64,000 nt of DNA, from assembly GCA_963745035.1 (NCBI GenBank), contig CAVUVW010000019.1, positions 1-64,000 on the forward strand. The letters are read 5' to 3'. A model generated the notes under the pieces. It worked only from the letters and a program-made list of their open reading frames with translations, made no database searches and was not told the origin of the DNA. The DNA is from an uncultured delta proteobacterium (GTDB lineage: Bacteria; Desulfobacterota; Binatia; UBA9968). Both the position numbers and the translations under genes were made by a program. Positions 40,277 to 50,760 of the stretch are shown piece after piece (position 1 is the stretch's first letter; every line of letters begins with the position of its first letter).

Positions 40277-42202
40277 ATGGAAGATAGCGAATCCAAGCTT
40301 TACGAGCGGCAGGGCGTACAAACGATGGCCGAGATCATCGACCTTCGTTTCAGCCGGCGCACGGCCCTCAAAGCGCTCTTCACAGCCGGACTGCTCAGCG
40401 GTTTAGGACCGCTGGGCAAACTTGCGCCGGCAGCAACTCCCAAAGAGCAGTCCACACTCAAATTCGCGGAAATCCCCAGCGTGATCGGCGAAAGTCACGC
40501 CGTCCCGCCGGGCTACTCGGCGGATATCGTGATTCGCTGGGGAGATAAGGTGGTTGGAGACGCGCCTGAATTCGACCCGCAACGACAGAGCCAGTTCGCT
40601 CAAGAGCGGCAGTTCGGCTACAACAACGACTTCGTCGGTTATTTTCCGCTTCCCGCCGGTTCAGCGAATTCGGAGCATGGCCTGCTTTGCGTCAATCATG
40701 AATACACGAATTCACACCTGATGTTCCCGGGCTCGCCGCGCGCGGCGGCCGTGACAAGAGAGCAGGCCGACATCGAGCTTGCCGCCCACGGCCACAGCGT
40801 CATCGAGATCAGGAAGATCAAAGGCAAATGGACCAGCTTGCCGGACAGCCCCTACAATCGCCGCATTACGGCCCATCAGACCCGCATGAGAATCTCCGGG
40901 CCAGCGGCGGGTCATGCGCGGCTCAAAACCGCCGCCGATCCCACGGGAACATACGTAATCGGCACGCTCAACAACTGTACGGGCGGGCGAACGCCGTGGG
41001 GTACGGTGTTGTTTGCCGAGGAGAACTTCAATAACTATTTCGGCGGCGATCCGGCGAAGACCACCGAGGCCAGAAACTACAAGCGGTACGGTCTCACGGC
41101 AAAAGGCGGCTATTCCTGGAGCAAGTACTACGATCGCTTCGACGTGGAGAAGACGCCCAATGAACCCAATCGCTTCGGCTGGATGGTGGAGTTCGATCCC
41201 TACACTCCCAACTCTACACCGGTGAAGCGCACGGCGTTGGCCCGGATCAAGCACGAAGGCGCGACCACGATCCTCAACAAGGACGGCCGGGTCGTGGTTT
41301 ACACCGGCGATGACGAGGCGTTCGATTACTTATACAAGTTCATTACCCACGGCCGCTTCGACCCGAATAATCGCGACAGCAACCGCGATCTCTTGGACTC
41401 CGGCACGCTGTTCGTGGCCAAGTTCCACGAAAACGGCGAGCTCACCTGGCTGCCTCTTGTGTGGGGGAGCGCGCCGTTGACGCCGGAGAGCGGCTTCGAG
41501 AGCCAGGCGGACGTCTTGATCGAAACCAGGAGAGCGGCGGATCTCGTCGGCGCCACCCCGATGGATCGGCCCGAAGAGGTCGAGCCCAATCCGGTGAACG
41601 GTCGTGTGTACGCAGCCTTTACCAACAATTCACGGCGCAAGCCCGATCAGGTGGATGCTGCGAATCCACGCGCCGACAATGCTCACGGCCACATTCTCGA
41701 GCTGATTCCACCGGGCGGCCGCGGCGGCGACGCCGATCATGCCGCGCTGAAGTTTCGTTGGGAGGTCTTTTTACTCGCGGGCAATCCGAACGACTCCGCG
41801 CATCATGCTAAGTGCCATCCCGGCGTGACCAAGAATGGATGGGTCTCTTCCCCCGACAATCTCGCCGTCGATCATCGAGGACGGTTGTGGATCTCCACCG
41901 ATCAGGGGTCAAGCCAAGCGAAGAACGGCATCCCGGACGGGATGCGCGCGGCTGATGTGGAAGGACCCGGACGAGCGCTGACCAAGCTTTTCTTCGCGTG
42001 CCCGACCGGCGCGGAGATGTGCGGCCCGGAGTTCACGCCGGACGGCAAAACCTTGTTCCTCGCCATTCAGCATCCGGGTGAAGACGAAGGCTCGACCTTC
42101 GAAAAACCATCGACGCGCTGGCCCGACTTCAAGCCGGCTCTGCCGCCGCGCCCGTCGGTTGTGGCAATCACCAAAAACGACGGCGGCGAAATCGGCAGCT
42201 AG
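40277..42202 (+). CDS. phoX: PhoX family alkaline phosphatase (Tat substrate)
   Basis: SRRTAL, FGYNND, VNHEY, NNCTGG.TPWGT, EEN, KHEG, MDRPE, SPDN, GAEMCGP, QHPGE. Confidence 0.93.
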   Translation: MEDSESKLYERQGVQTMAEIIDLRFSRRTALKALFTAGLLSGLGPLGKLAPAATPKEQSTLKFAEIPSVIGESHAVPPGYSADIVIRWGDKVVGDAPEFDPQRQSQFAQERQFGYNNDFVGYFPLPAGSANSEHGLLCVNHEYTNSHLMFPGSPRAAAVTREQADIELAAHGHSVIEIRKIKGKWTSLPDSPYNRRITAHQTRMRISGPAAGHARLKTAADPTGTYVIGTLNNCTGGRTPWGTVLFAEENFNNYFGGDPAKTTEARNYKRYGLTAKGGYSWSKYYDRFDVEKTPNEPNRFGWMVEFDPYTPNSTPVKRTALARIKHEGATTILNKDGRVVVYTGDDEAFDYLYKFITHGRFDPNNRDSNRDLLDSGTLFVAKFHENGELTWLPLVWGSAPLTPESGFESQADVLIETRRAADLVGATPMDRPEEVEPNPVNGRVYAAFTNNSRRKPDQVDAANPRADNAHGHILELIPPGGRGGDADHAALKFRWEVFLLAGNPNDSAHHAKCHPGVTKNGWVSSPDNLAVDHRGRLWISTDQGSSQAKNGIPDGMRAADVEGPGRALTKLFFACPTGAEMCGPEFTPDGKTLFLAIQHPGEDEGSTFEKPSTRWPDFKPALPPRPSVVAITKNDGGEIGS

Positions 42203-42253
42203 GCGCGCTAGTCATCGCATTTGCAATTTTCTGACGGCGACGTTTTTTTAACT

Positions 42254-42400
42254 TCAAGTCTCGCGCACCGTCATGACTTCGAACAGATGCCTGTCGGGAT
42301 CTTGGAAGTAAAAGCCGCGACCGCCGCGCCTACTGTAAATCTGGCCGTAGCGCAGCACTACGCCTTCGAGTGGGGGCGACGCTACCGTCAACGTTCGGGA
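42254..42400 (-). pseudogene. Chimeric remnant: epimerase-like fragment joined to a VOC/glyoxalase C-terminus
   Basis: Reads SPPLEGVVLRYGQIY-SRRGGRGFYFQDPDRHLFEVMTVRET*; no start. Confidence 0.5.
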
Positions 42401-42451
42401 GCGATGCTTCGGAGAATCGGCTCTCGCGCACCTTGGTGAGTGACGGCGAAA

Positions 42452-43073
42452 CTACCGCTCGACGCGCGCGACGCTGCGCTCCAACGGTAAGGGTTTTTCG
42501 AGAGACAGCACCAGAATCTTGCTGACCTTGCCTTTGCCGATGTTATTGCCGTGATCATCGTACTTGCTCTCTTCGCTGTCGAAGTCGTTATCGTTGGCCA
42601 CTGCGGCTGTAATTGTATGGCGTCTCGTCGATCTCTTTCAGGTTCGGCAGCCCGGTTACCGGCTTGCCGGACTGACCGACGATCGGTATGGCGTCGACGA
42701 TTCGGATAGCGCTATTCTCCAGTTTGACTCGGACGATCGCCGGATTGAACTCGGGCACCCAGAACGTGCGGCGGTTCCGGCCATCGACGCGGATCTGACC
42801 ATTGGGACCGCGGTCGGTGATCATCCAGAACTCGCCGGGCGCGTCGCTTGCGCCGCGCCACAGGTCGCTGCCCACGGAGCCCAATAGAACTTTGCGGTCG
42901 TTGCTCACGCTGCCGGCTATTTTCCCGTTTTGAAATTCCCGGATCGGCACCGACGGGAACTGGTAAACGGCTTCGACCTTGGCTTGCGCCTCGAGATCAG
43001 TGGGCATGGAGAGCGATGCCAAGGCGAGGCTCGCTAAAAGAACCAAGCCGGTTGTTGTTTTCGCAGAAGCCAC
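42452..43073 (-). pseudogene. Esterase-like/phytase-like secreted protein with large internal deletion
   Basis: N-term GSDL..ITDRGPN..GLPN..DETPY jumps out of frame to the C-term AVANDNDF..SKIL..VER*. Confidence 0.75.
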
Positions 43074-43225
43074 TTACACCTCCAAAGCTGGTTGATGGAT
43101 TAGAGAGGTTACGCGCAAATTTTTACCGGCGGATGAAGAAAAGTTTAAGCCATGATTACAAATGCCCCGGCAAAACCGGTATTCAGACTGGAAAGTCCGG
43201 GCTTTTGCCTCTATACCAGGGCAAT

Positions 43226-44545
43226 ATGTCGAACGCTTCTAAAGAGCGCCCGCCGCCGTCGCGCAAGAAGCTTGGCGTGGTTGCACTGCTTTACTTCATT
43301 CAAGGCGCGCCGGCGGCGATTTTGTGGGAAGTATTGCCGGTTTATTTTCGCATCAACGGGGTGTCGCTGCGCGCCATCGGCGGACTGCGGTTGCTCGAGC
43401 TGCCATACTCATTGAAGGTCTTCTGGTCGCCGCTGGTGCACCGCTTCGGCGACCGGCGTCTCTGGATCACGGCGTGCATGTTCGGCATCGCCGCGGTGCT
43501 CTTCGCCTTGCCGTTCGCCGATGTCGCGAGCGTCGGCGTGATCGTGCTCGTCTTGATTCTTGCGCTGACCACGCTGTCGGCGACTCAGGACATCGCCATC
43601 GATTCCTATTCCGTCGGCTTGATCAATCGCGACGAAGAAGGCGCGGCCAACGGCGTGCGCGCCTCGGCCTATCGCGTCGCGCTGGTGCTCACCGGCGGCG
43701 GGCTGGTGTTTCTCGCCGCGGTGCTGGCTTGGAATGCCTTGTTCATGCTCGCCGGCGGCGTTTTCGCGCTGCTCGGTATCGCCGCGCTCGCGATTCCGCG
43801 GCTGAATTTGCCGGAGGAGGCGCGCACGCACTGGTGGCAGGGCTTTGCCGGCTGGGCCGGCACCTGGCAGGTCGTGCCGTTGATCGCCTTCGTGCTCACT
43901 TACAAGCTCGGCGAATTCGCCATCGGGCCGATGGTCAAACCTTTCTGGGTCGATTACGGCAAGTCGATCTGGCCGGCGCAGGACGACTTGATGTTTCAGA
44001 TCGGCCTTTTTCCGACGACCTTCGGCATCATCCTCAGCATCGCCGGCGCGCTCGCCGGCGGCGCGTTCATCTCGCGTTACGGGATTTTTCACGGCGTGTG
44101 GTTCCTGGGCTTGCTGCAAGCGGTATCGAACATCAGCTATTCGTTGGTCGAGTGGCTCGATCTCGGCCGCTACGGCCTGTACGGCGCATCGATGTTCGAA
44201 TCGCTGAGCGGCGGCCTCGGCACGGCGGCGTTTCTCGCGTTTCTCATGAACGTTTGCGACAAAGAGCACGCCACCGTCCAGTATGCGTTTCTCTCGTCGG
44301 TCTTTTCTCTCACCGGCCGCTTGATCGGCGGCATCAGCGGATTGGGCGCGGAAAAATACGGCTACGGCGATTACTTCGCGATCACGTTCTTGCTCTCGAT
44401 GCCGGCTTATTTGCTCTTGCCCTGGGTGAAGCAGTGGATTCACGAGGAAGGAGACGGTGGGGAAGAGAGAAGAGGCCGAGAAGAGGAGACAAGAGAGAGA
44501 AGGAGACAAGGAGAAGGGGAGATGAGGAGACCGGGGCGGCGGCTA
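43226..44545 (+). CDS. AmpG-like MFS permease (true 3' end uncertain)
   Basis: LYFIQG.P, LKVFWSP, SATQDIAID, YKLGE, TVQYAFLSS; frame stays open to 44845 through a purine-rich tail. Confidence 0.85.
44444..44535 (+). repeat. Purine-rich imperfect GGAGA(CAA) repeats
   Basis: GAGGAAGGAGAC..GAGGAGACAAGAGAGAAGGAGACAAGGAGAAGGGGAGATGAGGAGAC. Confidence 0.55.
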
Positions 44546-45514
44546 CTTGGCGCTGGGCTTGGTCCTAGCGAGCTGCCGCAGCAGGCGGCGCCAGCTCTTG
44601 AGCTCGCGCTCGGGGCGCACCCACTTCGCGGCGCGCGCGCAGCGGCGCTTCAGGGCACGATAGAACTTCGGATCGGTTTCGGCGCGCCGCAGCAAAGCGC
44701 AAAGTTTTTTTGTGTCGCCGACTGGAAAATAGCCGGGGAAATCTTTTCCCAACGTTCCGATCAGGCCGGCGATGCGGCTCGCGATCACCGGCACGCCGCT
44801 GGCCAACGCTTCGGACAACACGTTGGAGCTGCCTTCCATCTTTGATGTGATGCAAGCCAGTTGGCTCTGCGCCAGCAGCCGGCGGGTGCGCCGGTGCGAT
44901 AGCTGGCCGAGCGCGCGGTAGCGCGGGTTGCGCGCGGCTTCGGCTTGGATTTTGCGCGCGAGCTTTTCGTCCAAAGCGAGGCCGATATGAATGAGCTCGA
45001 TGCGTGAATCGGCCGGTAAACGGCGCGCGGCGAGCGGCGCGCGCAGCGGGTCTTTTTCCGCGCGCAGATGCGCGATCAGACATACTCGGAAAGTTTCGTG
45101 GCGCGCGGCAGGAGCGGCGCCGACGCCGTCGGCGGACTGATAAATCACTTGAGTTTTTCGATGAAACCGCCTCGGCAACTCTCGCAAAGCCATGCGTTGA
45201 AGCACGACCAGGCGGCTCGCAAGCTCAAGCGATTGTTTAGCTTGGGCGCTGCGCCGGATATCGCGGTAAAGGTCGGTTCCGGTGAGCACGACGATCAGCG
45301 GCAGGTCGGGATGCAGCTCGTGGAAGCGGCGGATCGACGCAGCGCTGCGGCGGGCGTGGAGCGCGATCAACACGTCGCAGCGCCGCTCATCGTAAGTTTG
45401 CGTAACTCGCACCCGATGACCGAGCTTTTTGAGCAGCGCGGACCAGCGCAGCGCGGTGATGCGGTTGCCGTTGTTGATGCGCAACGGCGCGGGGGTGACG
45501 AGCTGGATATTCAC
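44543..45514 (-). CDS. senB: Selenosugar synthase SenB (GT-B glycosyltransferase)
   Basis: TPA....NGNRITALRW, IALHARRS, VVLTGTDLYRD, HLRAEKDP, SKMEG..NV, YFPVGD; adjacent to a SenA-like gene. Confidence 0.88.
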   Translation of the reverse strand: MNIQLVTPAPLRINNGNRITALRWSALLKKLGHRVRVTQTYDERRCDVLIALHARRSAASIRRFHELHPDLPLIVVLTGTDLYRDIRRSAQAKQSLELASRLVVLQRMALRELPRRFHRKTQVIYQSADGVGAAPAARHETFRVCLIAHLRAEKDPLRAPLAARRLPADSRIELIHIGLALDEKLARKIQAEAARNPRYRALGQLSHRRTRRLLAQSQLACITSKMEGSSNVLSEALASGVPVIASRIAGLIGTLGKDFPGYFPVGDTKKLCALLRRAETDPKFYRALKRRCARAAKWVRPERELKSWRRLLRQLARTKPSAK

Positions 45515-45523
45515 GTTGTTCGG

Positions 45524-46942
45524 CTAGCGGGCGCAGGTGCGAAAGCCTGCCCAAACATCGCGCCGGTCCGGCGTGTAGAAGTTTCTCCAGGTGTTGCGAA
45601 TCAGCAGCGATGAAGTCGCCCAACAGCCGCCGCGTAAAACTTTATGCGTGCCGAACCACGGTTGAGAGTATTCCTTGTAAGGATCCGCGCTAAAGTCCGG
45701 ATAAGGTTGAAATTCGCTTGCCGTCCATTCCCACACATTCCCGAGCATTTGGCGGCAGCCGAAAGCGCTATCGCCGGCGGCATGAGCGCCAACCTCGACC
45801 AGACCGCCGGCGCGCCAATCCAGATTGGCGCAGTCGGGAGTCGCGTTTTGGTCGCCCCAGGGGAAGAGCCGGCGTGAATCGTTGCGGGCGCCGGCGTCGG
45901 GATCAGACGAAGCGGCAACCTCCCATTCCGCTTCGGTGGGAAGCCTGCGGCCGGACCAATTACAATATGCCTCTGCTTCATACCAGCTCACGTGAACGAT
46001 GGGCAGGTTTTCATTGAGCGGAACATACTGGTCATAAACGCGTTGAAGCCAGCGGCCGTTTGCTGCGCGCTTCCAATAAATCGGATGGTCGAGGCTTTCG
46101 GTGAATTCCTGTATTACGGGGGCTTCGTTCATCCCGCGCTTGAAGAACTTGGCGAAGGATTTTTCCAACTGCGGCGAGCCGCCGGATTCGAGCCACTGCC
46201 AACCCTCGTCGCTCCAGAAGCGGCGCTCGCGGTAGCCGCCTGCTTCGACGAATTCGAGAAACTCGCCGTTGGTTACCGGCGCGCGGGCGATGCGAAAAGG
46301 TTTGAGCATGACCTCGTGTGCCCATTTCTCGTTGTCGAAGACGAAGGGGAAAGCCTTGGTCGCGCCGATCAAGTATTTGCCGCCGGGGATCTCGGCATCA
46401 CCGGAACGGCCACCGCCGTCGACGGCGACCGCCCGCCCGCCTTGGACGACCGGCGCCGGATAGCCGAGCGTCTGGCGCGTGTAGGCCAGCGCTTCGGCAT
46501 GCATGGCCTCATGAAAAGACGTGAGCCAATAAAAATAAAACTCGTCGGCCGAGAGTCGCTCGGATCGTTCGAGACGACCAATGCACCGCTCGATGACTTC
46601 ATTCATGTAGCTGAGGGTTTGCTCACGGCTGGGCAACAAGAGCTCCCAGCGCGTATCATGGGCCACGTCGGTTGAATTATAGATTCGGTCGCCGTCTTCG
46701 AGCAGCGGCTTTTCCTTGCGCAGGTGGCGCAGGGCCCAGAACTCCTGCGTCCACGCCACATGGCCGATTTCCCAGAGCGGCGGATTGACGATCGCCAGGC
46801 GCGGTCCGATCATTTGCCGGTCATCGAGATCTTGCACCAGCGCCAGTGTGCGCGCGCGAAACTCGCGCATGGCTGCGATCAATGGACGCACGCCCATGGT
46901 AGCGAAGGGATCGAAGGTTTCACTGGAAATCATCGTCGGCAA
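45524..46942 (-). CDS. senA: Selenoneine synthase SenA (EgtB-like, DinB plus FGE domains)
   Basis: NPPLWEIGHVAWTQE, HEAMHAE metal motif, FDNEKWAH, RLPTEAEWE, GNVWEW, RNFY.PDRRD..AGFRTC. Confidence 0.86.
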   Translation of the reverse strand: MPTMISSETFDPFATMGVRPLIAAMREFRARTLALVQDLDDRQMIGPRLAIVNPPLWEIGHVAWTQEFWALRHLRKEKPLLEDGDRIYNSTDVAHDTRWELLLPSREQTLSYMNEVIERCIGRLERSERLSADEFYFYWLTSFHEAMHAEALAYTRQTLGYPAPVVQGGRAVAVDGGGRSGDAEIPGGKYLIGATKAFPFVFDNEKWAHEVMLKPFRIARAPVTNGEFLEFVEAGGYRERRFWSDEGWQWLESGGSPQLEKSFAKFFKRGMNEAPVIQEFTESLDHPIYWKRAANGRWLQRVYDQYVPLNENLPIVHVSWYEAEAYCNWSGRRLPTEAEWEVAASSDPDAGARNDSRRLFPWGDQNATPDCANLDWRAGGLVEVGAHAAGDSAFGCRQMLGNVWEWTASEFQPYPDFSADPYKEYSQPWFGTHKVLRGGCWATSSLLIRNTWRNFYTPDRRDVWAGFRTCAR

Positions 46943-46985
46943 TCTGAACCCTGCTCTCTGACCGAGCCCTCTTCTCCCAGGCTCG

Positions 46986-47828
46986 CTAGCTCTTCAAAAA
47001 CGGCACGCCCAGGCGCATCAGGTCGTCGAAGGCGTCCCAATGGACCATGTGCTTGCAGCCGTTCACGATGTGAAGATTGATCTGCGGTTGCTGTTTTTTG
47101 AGCAATTCGGCGCGTTCACCGGCGTGTGCGCGGTCTTCGCGGCCGAAGATCATCAACAGCGGCATCTTCAGTTCAGTGAGCCTATCATATAGCGGCTTGG
47201 ACGCTTTTGCGCCGCCCGCGGGGGCTTCGTGATTCTGGCGTTCCTGGTGAGCTTTGAAATTACGGCCGATCATGCGGCTGTGGCGCACGGCCACGTCCTC
47301 TTCGGAAATCAAGGAATGATTGAACGTGTCCGCCTGCAAGAGTTTTCGGGCATCCTCCAAGGTCGGCTCCTTTTGCGCCATCTCCTTGTCGACGCGCGCC
47401 TGTACCGCTTCGTACCTGCCGACTTGCTCTTCGGTCTGCAGCGGCAGCAGCGAGCCGGTGCCGAGGATCATGACGTGCGAATACCGGCCGGGGTCTTCCA
47501 ATGCGAGCTGAACCGCAAAGCCGCCGGAGCGTGAATGCGCGATCAGCGCGGTCTTGCCCAGGTCCGCGGCATCGATGAACTTCGGGATGGAATTGCGTTG
47601 CTGCGGCACGCTTTGCTTCTCGGGTATGTCGGAGAGGCCAAAACCGGGAAGGTCAAAGGCAGCCGCGCGAAATCCGGCCTTGGCAAAAGGACCGAGATTG
47701 CGCAGAAACACGTCCGCGGAACTCCCGAGAGACGCACCGTGCAGAAAAAGTACCGATGGTCCTGAGCCTGCTTCGATATACCGAAGCTTCAGTCCGTCGA
47801 CTTCGACGAATTTGTCTTGATAAGCCAT
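46986..47828 (-). CDS. Alpha/beta hydrolase
   Basis: LFLHG, DLPGFGLS, AHSRSG nucleophile elbow, GRED, KHMVHWD. Confidence 0.88.
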   Translation of the reverse strand: MAYQDKFVEVDGLKLRYIEAGSGPSVLFLHGASLGSSADVFLRNLGPFAKAGFRAAAFDLPGFGLSDIPEKQSVPQQRNSIPKFIDAADLGKTALIAHSRSGGFAVQLALEDPGRYSHVMILGTGSLLPLQTEEQVGRYEAVQARVDKEMAQKEPTLEDARKLLQADTFNHSLISEEDVAVRHSRMIGRNFKAHQERQNHEAPAGGAKASKPLYDRLTELKMPLLMIFGREDRAHAGERAELLKKQQPQINLHIVNGCKHMVHWDAFDDLMRLGVPFLKS

Positions 47829-48067
47829 TACGTCCTCCTTGTGTCCTCGTTGGGGTTAAGTTTCGTGCAGCCTTGCTGCGTCAAGCATTGCTCTTTCCGA
47901 CGGTTCGTCATTCCGCGCGCGTTTGAAGGAAGCTCATCACAAGCGCCTGGACCTCTCCCAAGAGAATTAACGTTAAGACCCGATACAATATTCGGGTTGG
48001 CGCCGATTACGTCCTCGCCGTTTTCATCATCATCTAACGCAAATCGAACGGCATCACAACGCGGCGT

Positions 48068-49207
48068 TCAGGAAACCACCCATTGGCGCAGCTTTTTCAG
48101 CCACGGCTCGAGCTCTTTTGCCCAAGCTTGGGTTCGATGGGCCTCGATGTACTCGATTGCGGCGCGCGTTTTCTGCCGCTCACGGGCCGCCGGCGCGCGC
48201 TTTTCCCGGGTTTTTTTCGCTTCGCGATCCGCTTCGCAGAAATGTCGAATCGCGCGCCAATGGGGCAAGGTCTCGGCGCCGAAACGCTCGCCGATAATCC
48301 TCGTCCAACTCTTTTCGGCACGGTAAGCGCGCGGCGTGCGCGCATAATCGAAACAAGTGGCCAAGGGAATCAGGCTCAAGCACGGCTGCAGCATCGGATT
48401 GCTCAGATAGCCGTGAACGTACTTGCACAGATTCGGATCGCGTCCTTGGAGCGGTCCGATGTGGAGCTCGTCGCGCATCGACAAATCGTTCACCGGGTAG
48501 TTGTCCCAGAGAAGCAGCGGGCGCTCGAGGATTCCCGCGATGCGCCGCGCGTGCGCGAGCGAAATGCGCTCACAGACCACCGTTGGTCCGGTCCAAAAGC
48601 ATGGGGCATCGTCGGGGAGGTGGCGCGCCAGCGTCTCCAGAAAGCGCGGCTCGAAGCGGCCGAAGACCCGTTCGAGCAGCGTATCCTCGCTGTAGCGAGA
48701 AGGGCAAATCCACCATCGAACATCTCTCCAGCTCGCCGGCTGTGCCGCGATGATGCGCGCGAGCCACAAGGCTTCCGCCGCGGCCAGGCTGTCGTTGAAA
48801 TGATTGCGGTCCATCGAGTGAATCAAACGCGAGGGGATGTCGTCGAAAAGCACGGCAAAAGTTTTTACGCCGGCATCGTAGAACGATTGCGCTTTTTGCA
48901 GCAGGATGCGAATCGGCTTCTCTTCCGAAAACCGCAGTCCTTCGCCTGGATGAAAGCCGTAGACGAATTCGATCCGCCTTTTCTGCGCGCTTTGAATGAG
49001 TTGCAGCAGTTTTTTCCATGCCGGCCGCGGGTAGGGACGGCGCCAGAGCCGGCGATGGTACGGATCGTCCTTGGGGGCGTAAAGATACGTGTTCATGCCA
49101 CGCGCGGCGCCCAGCTCGAAGAGCGCTCGGCGCTGCGCCATCGACCAGGGCGCGCCGAAGAATCCTTCGACCACGCCGCGATATTCGAATGCGCCCGGCG
49201 TTCTCAT
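48068..49207 (-). CDS. GH84 beta-N-acetylglucosaminidase (O-GlcNAcase-like)
   Basis: GVVEGFFG.PW, YLYAPKDDPYHR..WR, catalytic LFDD, FWTG, LWDNYPVND, NPM. Confidence 0.9.
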   Translation of the reverse strand: MRTPGAFEYRGVVEGFFGAPWSMAQRRALFELGAARGMNTYLYAPKDDPYHRRLWRRPYPRPAWKKLLQLIQSAQKRRIEFVYGFHPGEGLRFSEEKPIRILLQKAQSFYDAGVKTFAVLFDDIPSRLIHSMDRNHFNDSLAAAEALWLARIIAAQPASWRDVRWWICPSRYSEDTLLERVFGRFEPRFLETLARHLPDDAPCFWTGPTVVCERISLAHARRIAGILERPLLLWDNYPVNDLSMRDELHIGPLQGRDPNLCKYVHGYLSNPMLQPCLSLIPLATCFDYARTPRAYRAEKSWTRIIGERFGAETLPHWRAIRHFCEADREAKKTREKRAPAARERQKTRAAIEYIEAHRTQAWAKELEPWLKKLRQWVVS

Positions 49208-49295
49208 TGAAATTCGAATCTCGCATGCCGCGCTTGTTGGAACAAGCTTGCTTGCCAAGGCCGATGTCATTGCGTAGGATCGAGCGAACATTTTT

Positions 49296-50099
49296 ATGAT
49301 GCGAGAGACGATCGTCATGATTTCCGTGTTCGGCGTCTGGCTCATGGCGGCGCTGAGCGCCGGCGCGCAAGTCAAAGAGCCGGATGACATGGTGCGCGTT
49401 CCCGGCGGAGCATTCTCGATGGGACGCAATGACGGTCCGGCGGACGAGCGGCCGCAGCACACCGTCCGTCTCGCGGAGTTTTTCATCGATCGAACCAAAG
49501 TCAGCAACGCCGCTTTTGCGATTTTTCTCAATGTCGTTGGCGCGCGCGGCCCGCGCGGCGAAAAGTACTACGACATCGACGACAACGACGCGCGGGTGCG
49601 CCGGCGCGACGGCAAGTGGCAGGCCGATGCCGGTCACGAGCGCCACCCGGTGGTCGAGGCGTCATGGGACGGCGCGCGCGCTTATTGCGCGTGGATCGGC
49701 AAGCGCTTGCCGACGGAAGCGGAATGGGAGCAGGCGGCGCGCGGCGCTGACGGGCGGAAGTATCCATGGGGCAATGAGGCGCCCGATAAATCGCGGGCGC
49801 ACTTCGGCGCCGGTTGGAACGATTTGCGCCCGGTGGGAAGCCTTCCGAAAGGCGCGTCGCCGTACGGCGCGCTCGATATGGCCGGCAACGGTTGGGAATG
49901 GGTGAGCAGTCTTTACCGGCCCTATCCCTACGATGCGCACGACGGACGCGAGGATCCGGCGGCGGATCAGCCGCGCGGCACGAGAGGCGGCGGGCATGAT
50001 TCGCCCGCCGAGGATTTGACCGTGACGCAGCGCGGCCGGCATGTGTCGCGCAACCCGCGCGGCGGGCACCACAACATCAGCTTTCGCTGCGCCCGCTGA
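49296..50099 (+). CDS. Secreted FGE-sulfatase (SUMF1-like) domain protein
   Basis: Signal peptide; F.MG..DERP.H, HPVV..SW, RLPTEAEWE.AARG, SPYG..DMAGN.WEW, FRCA. Confidence 0.87.
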   Translation: MMRETIVMISVFGVWLMAALSAGAQVKEPDDMVRVPGGAFSMGRNDGPADERPQHTVRLAEFFIDRTKVSNAAFAIFLNVVGARGPRGEKYYDIDDNDARVRRRDGKWQADAGHERHPVVEASWDGARAYCAWIGKRLPTEAEWEQAARGADGRKYPWGNEAPDKSRAHFGAGWNDLRPVGSLPKGASPYGALDMAGNGWEWVSSLYRPYPYDAHDGREDPAADQPRGTRGGGHDSPAEDLTVTQRGRHVSRNPRGGHHNISFRCAR

Positions 50100-50115
50100 C
50101 TAGCTTTTCGGTTTC

Positions 50116-50760
50116 ATGTCGCTTTATCTTTTACTGCAAGGCGTGCTGATGGGGTTGGTCGTCGCCGTGCCGGTGGGGCCGCTCGGATTGCTCTGCATCA
50201 ATCGCGCATTGATGATGGGGCCGACCCACGGGCTGTTCTCCGGTCTCGGCGTCGCCACCGCGGATGCGCTCGCCGCCGGCATCGCCGCTCTCGGCATTAC
50301 CCTGATATCGAGCTTCCTGAGCGCGCACCAAGTGCTTCTGCGCTTGATCGGCGGCGCGTTTCTCTGCTATCTCGGCTACGCGATCTACACTGCCGAGCCG
50401 GCTGCGCAGACGGCGATCAAGAACATCAACGGCTTGCTCGGCTGTTATGTGACGACTTTATTTCTGACCTTCTCCAATCCGGTGACGATTCTCTCCTTCG
50501 TCGCCATCTACGCCGGCTGGCATGTGCCGAGCCTGGACGGGCACTATGCGGCGGCGGCGACGTTGACCGCCGGCGTATTCACGGGTTCGGCGCTGTGGTG
50601 GGTCGGCTTGTTCCTCGGCCTGACGACATTTCGCGAGCGCTTCAACCTGCGTTTTCTTTTCTGGGTCCATCGGGCCTCGGGCGTGATCATCGCCGTGTTC
50701 GGCGTCATCGTGCTCTTGAGTCTCTCGCCTTGGGGCCAGGCGTTGGGGTTGAAACTTTGA
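50116..50760 (+). CDS. LysE family exporter
   Basis: AVPVGP..LLCI, GLGVATADA, LTFSNP.TI, GVF.GSALWW. Confidence 0.88.
   Translation: MSLYLLLQGVLMGLVVAVPVGPLGLLCINRALMMGPTHGLFSGLGVATADALAAGIAALGITLISSFLSAHQVLLRLIGGAFLCYLGYAIYTAEPAAQTAIKNINGLLGCYVTTLFLTFSNPVTILSFVAIYAGWHVPSLDGHYAAAATLTAGVFTGSALWWVGLFLGLTTFRERFNLRFLFWVHRASGVIIAVFGVIVLLSLSPWGQALGLKL

Noticed and set aside
42848-44845. 665-aa MFS ORF overlapping senB
   Set aside because: AmpG-like homology spans only about 43226-44450; the extensions overlap genes on the opposite strand.
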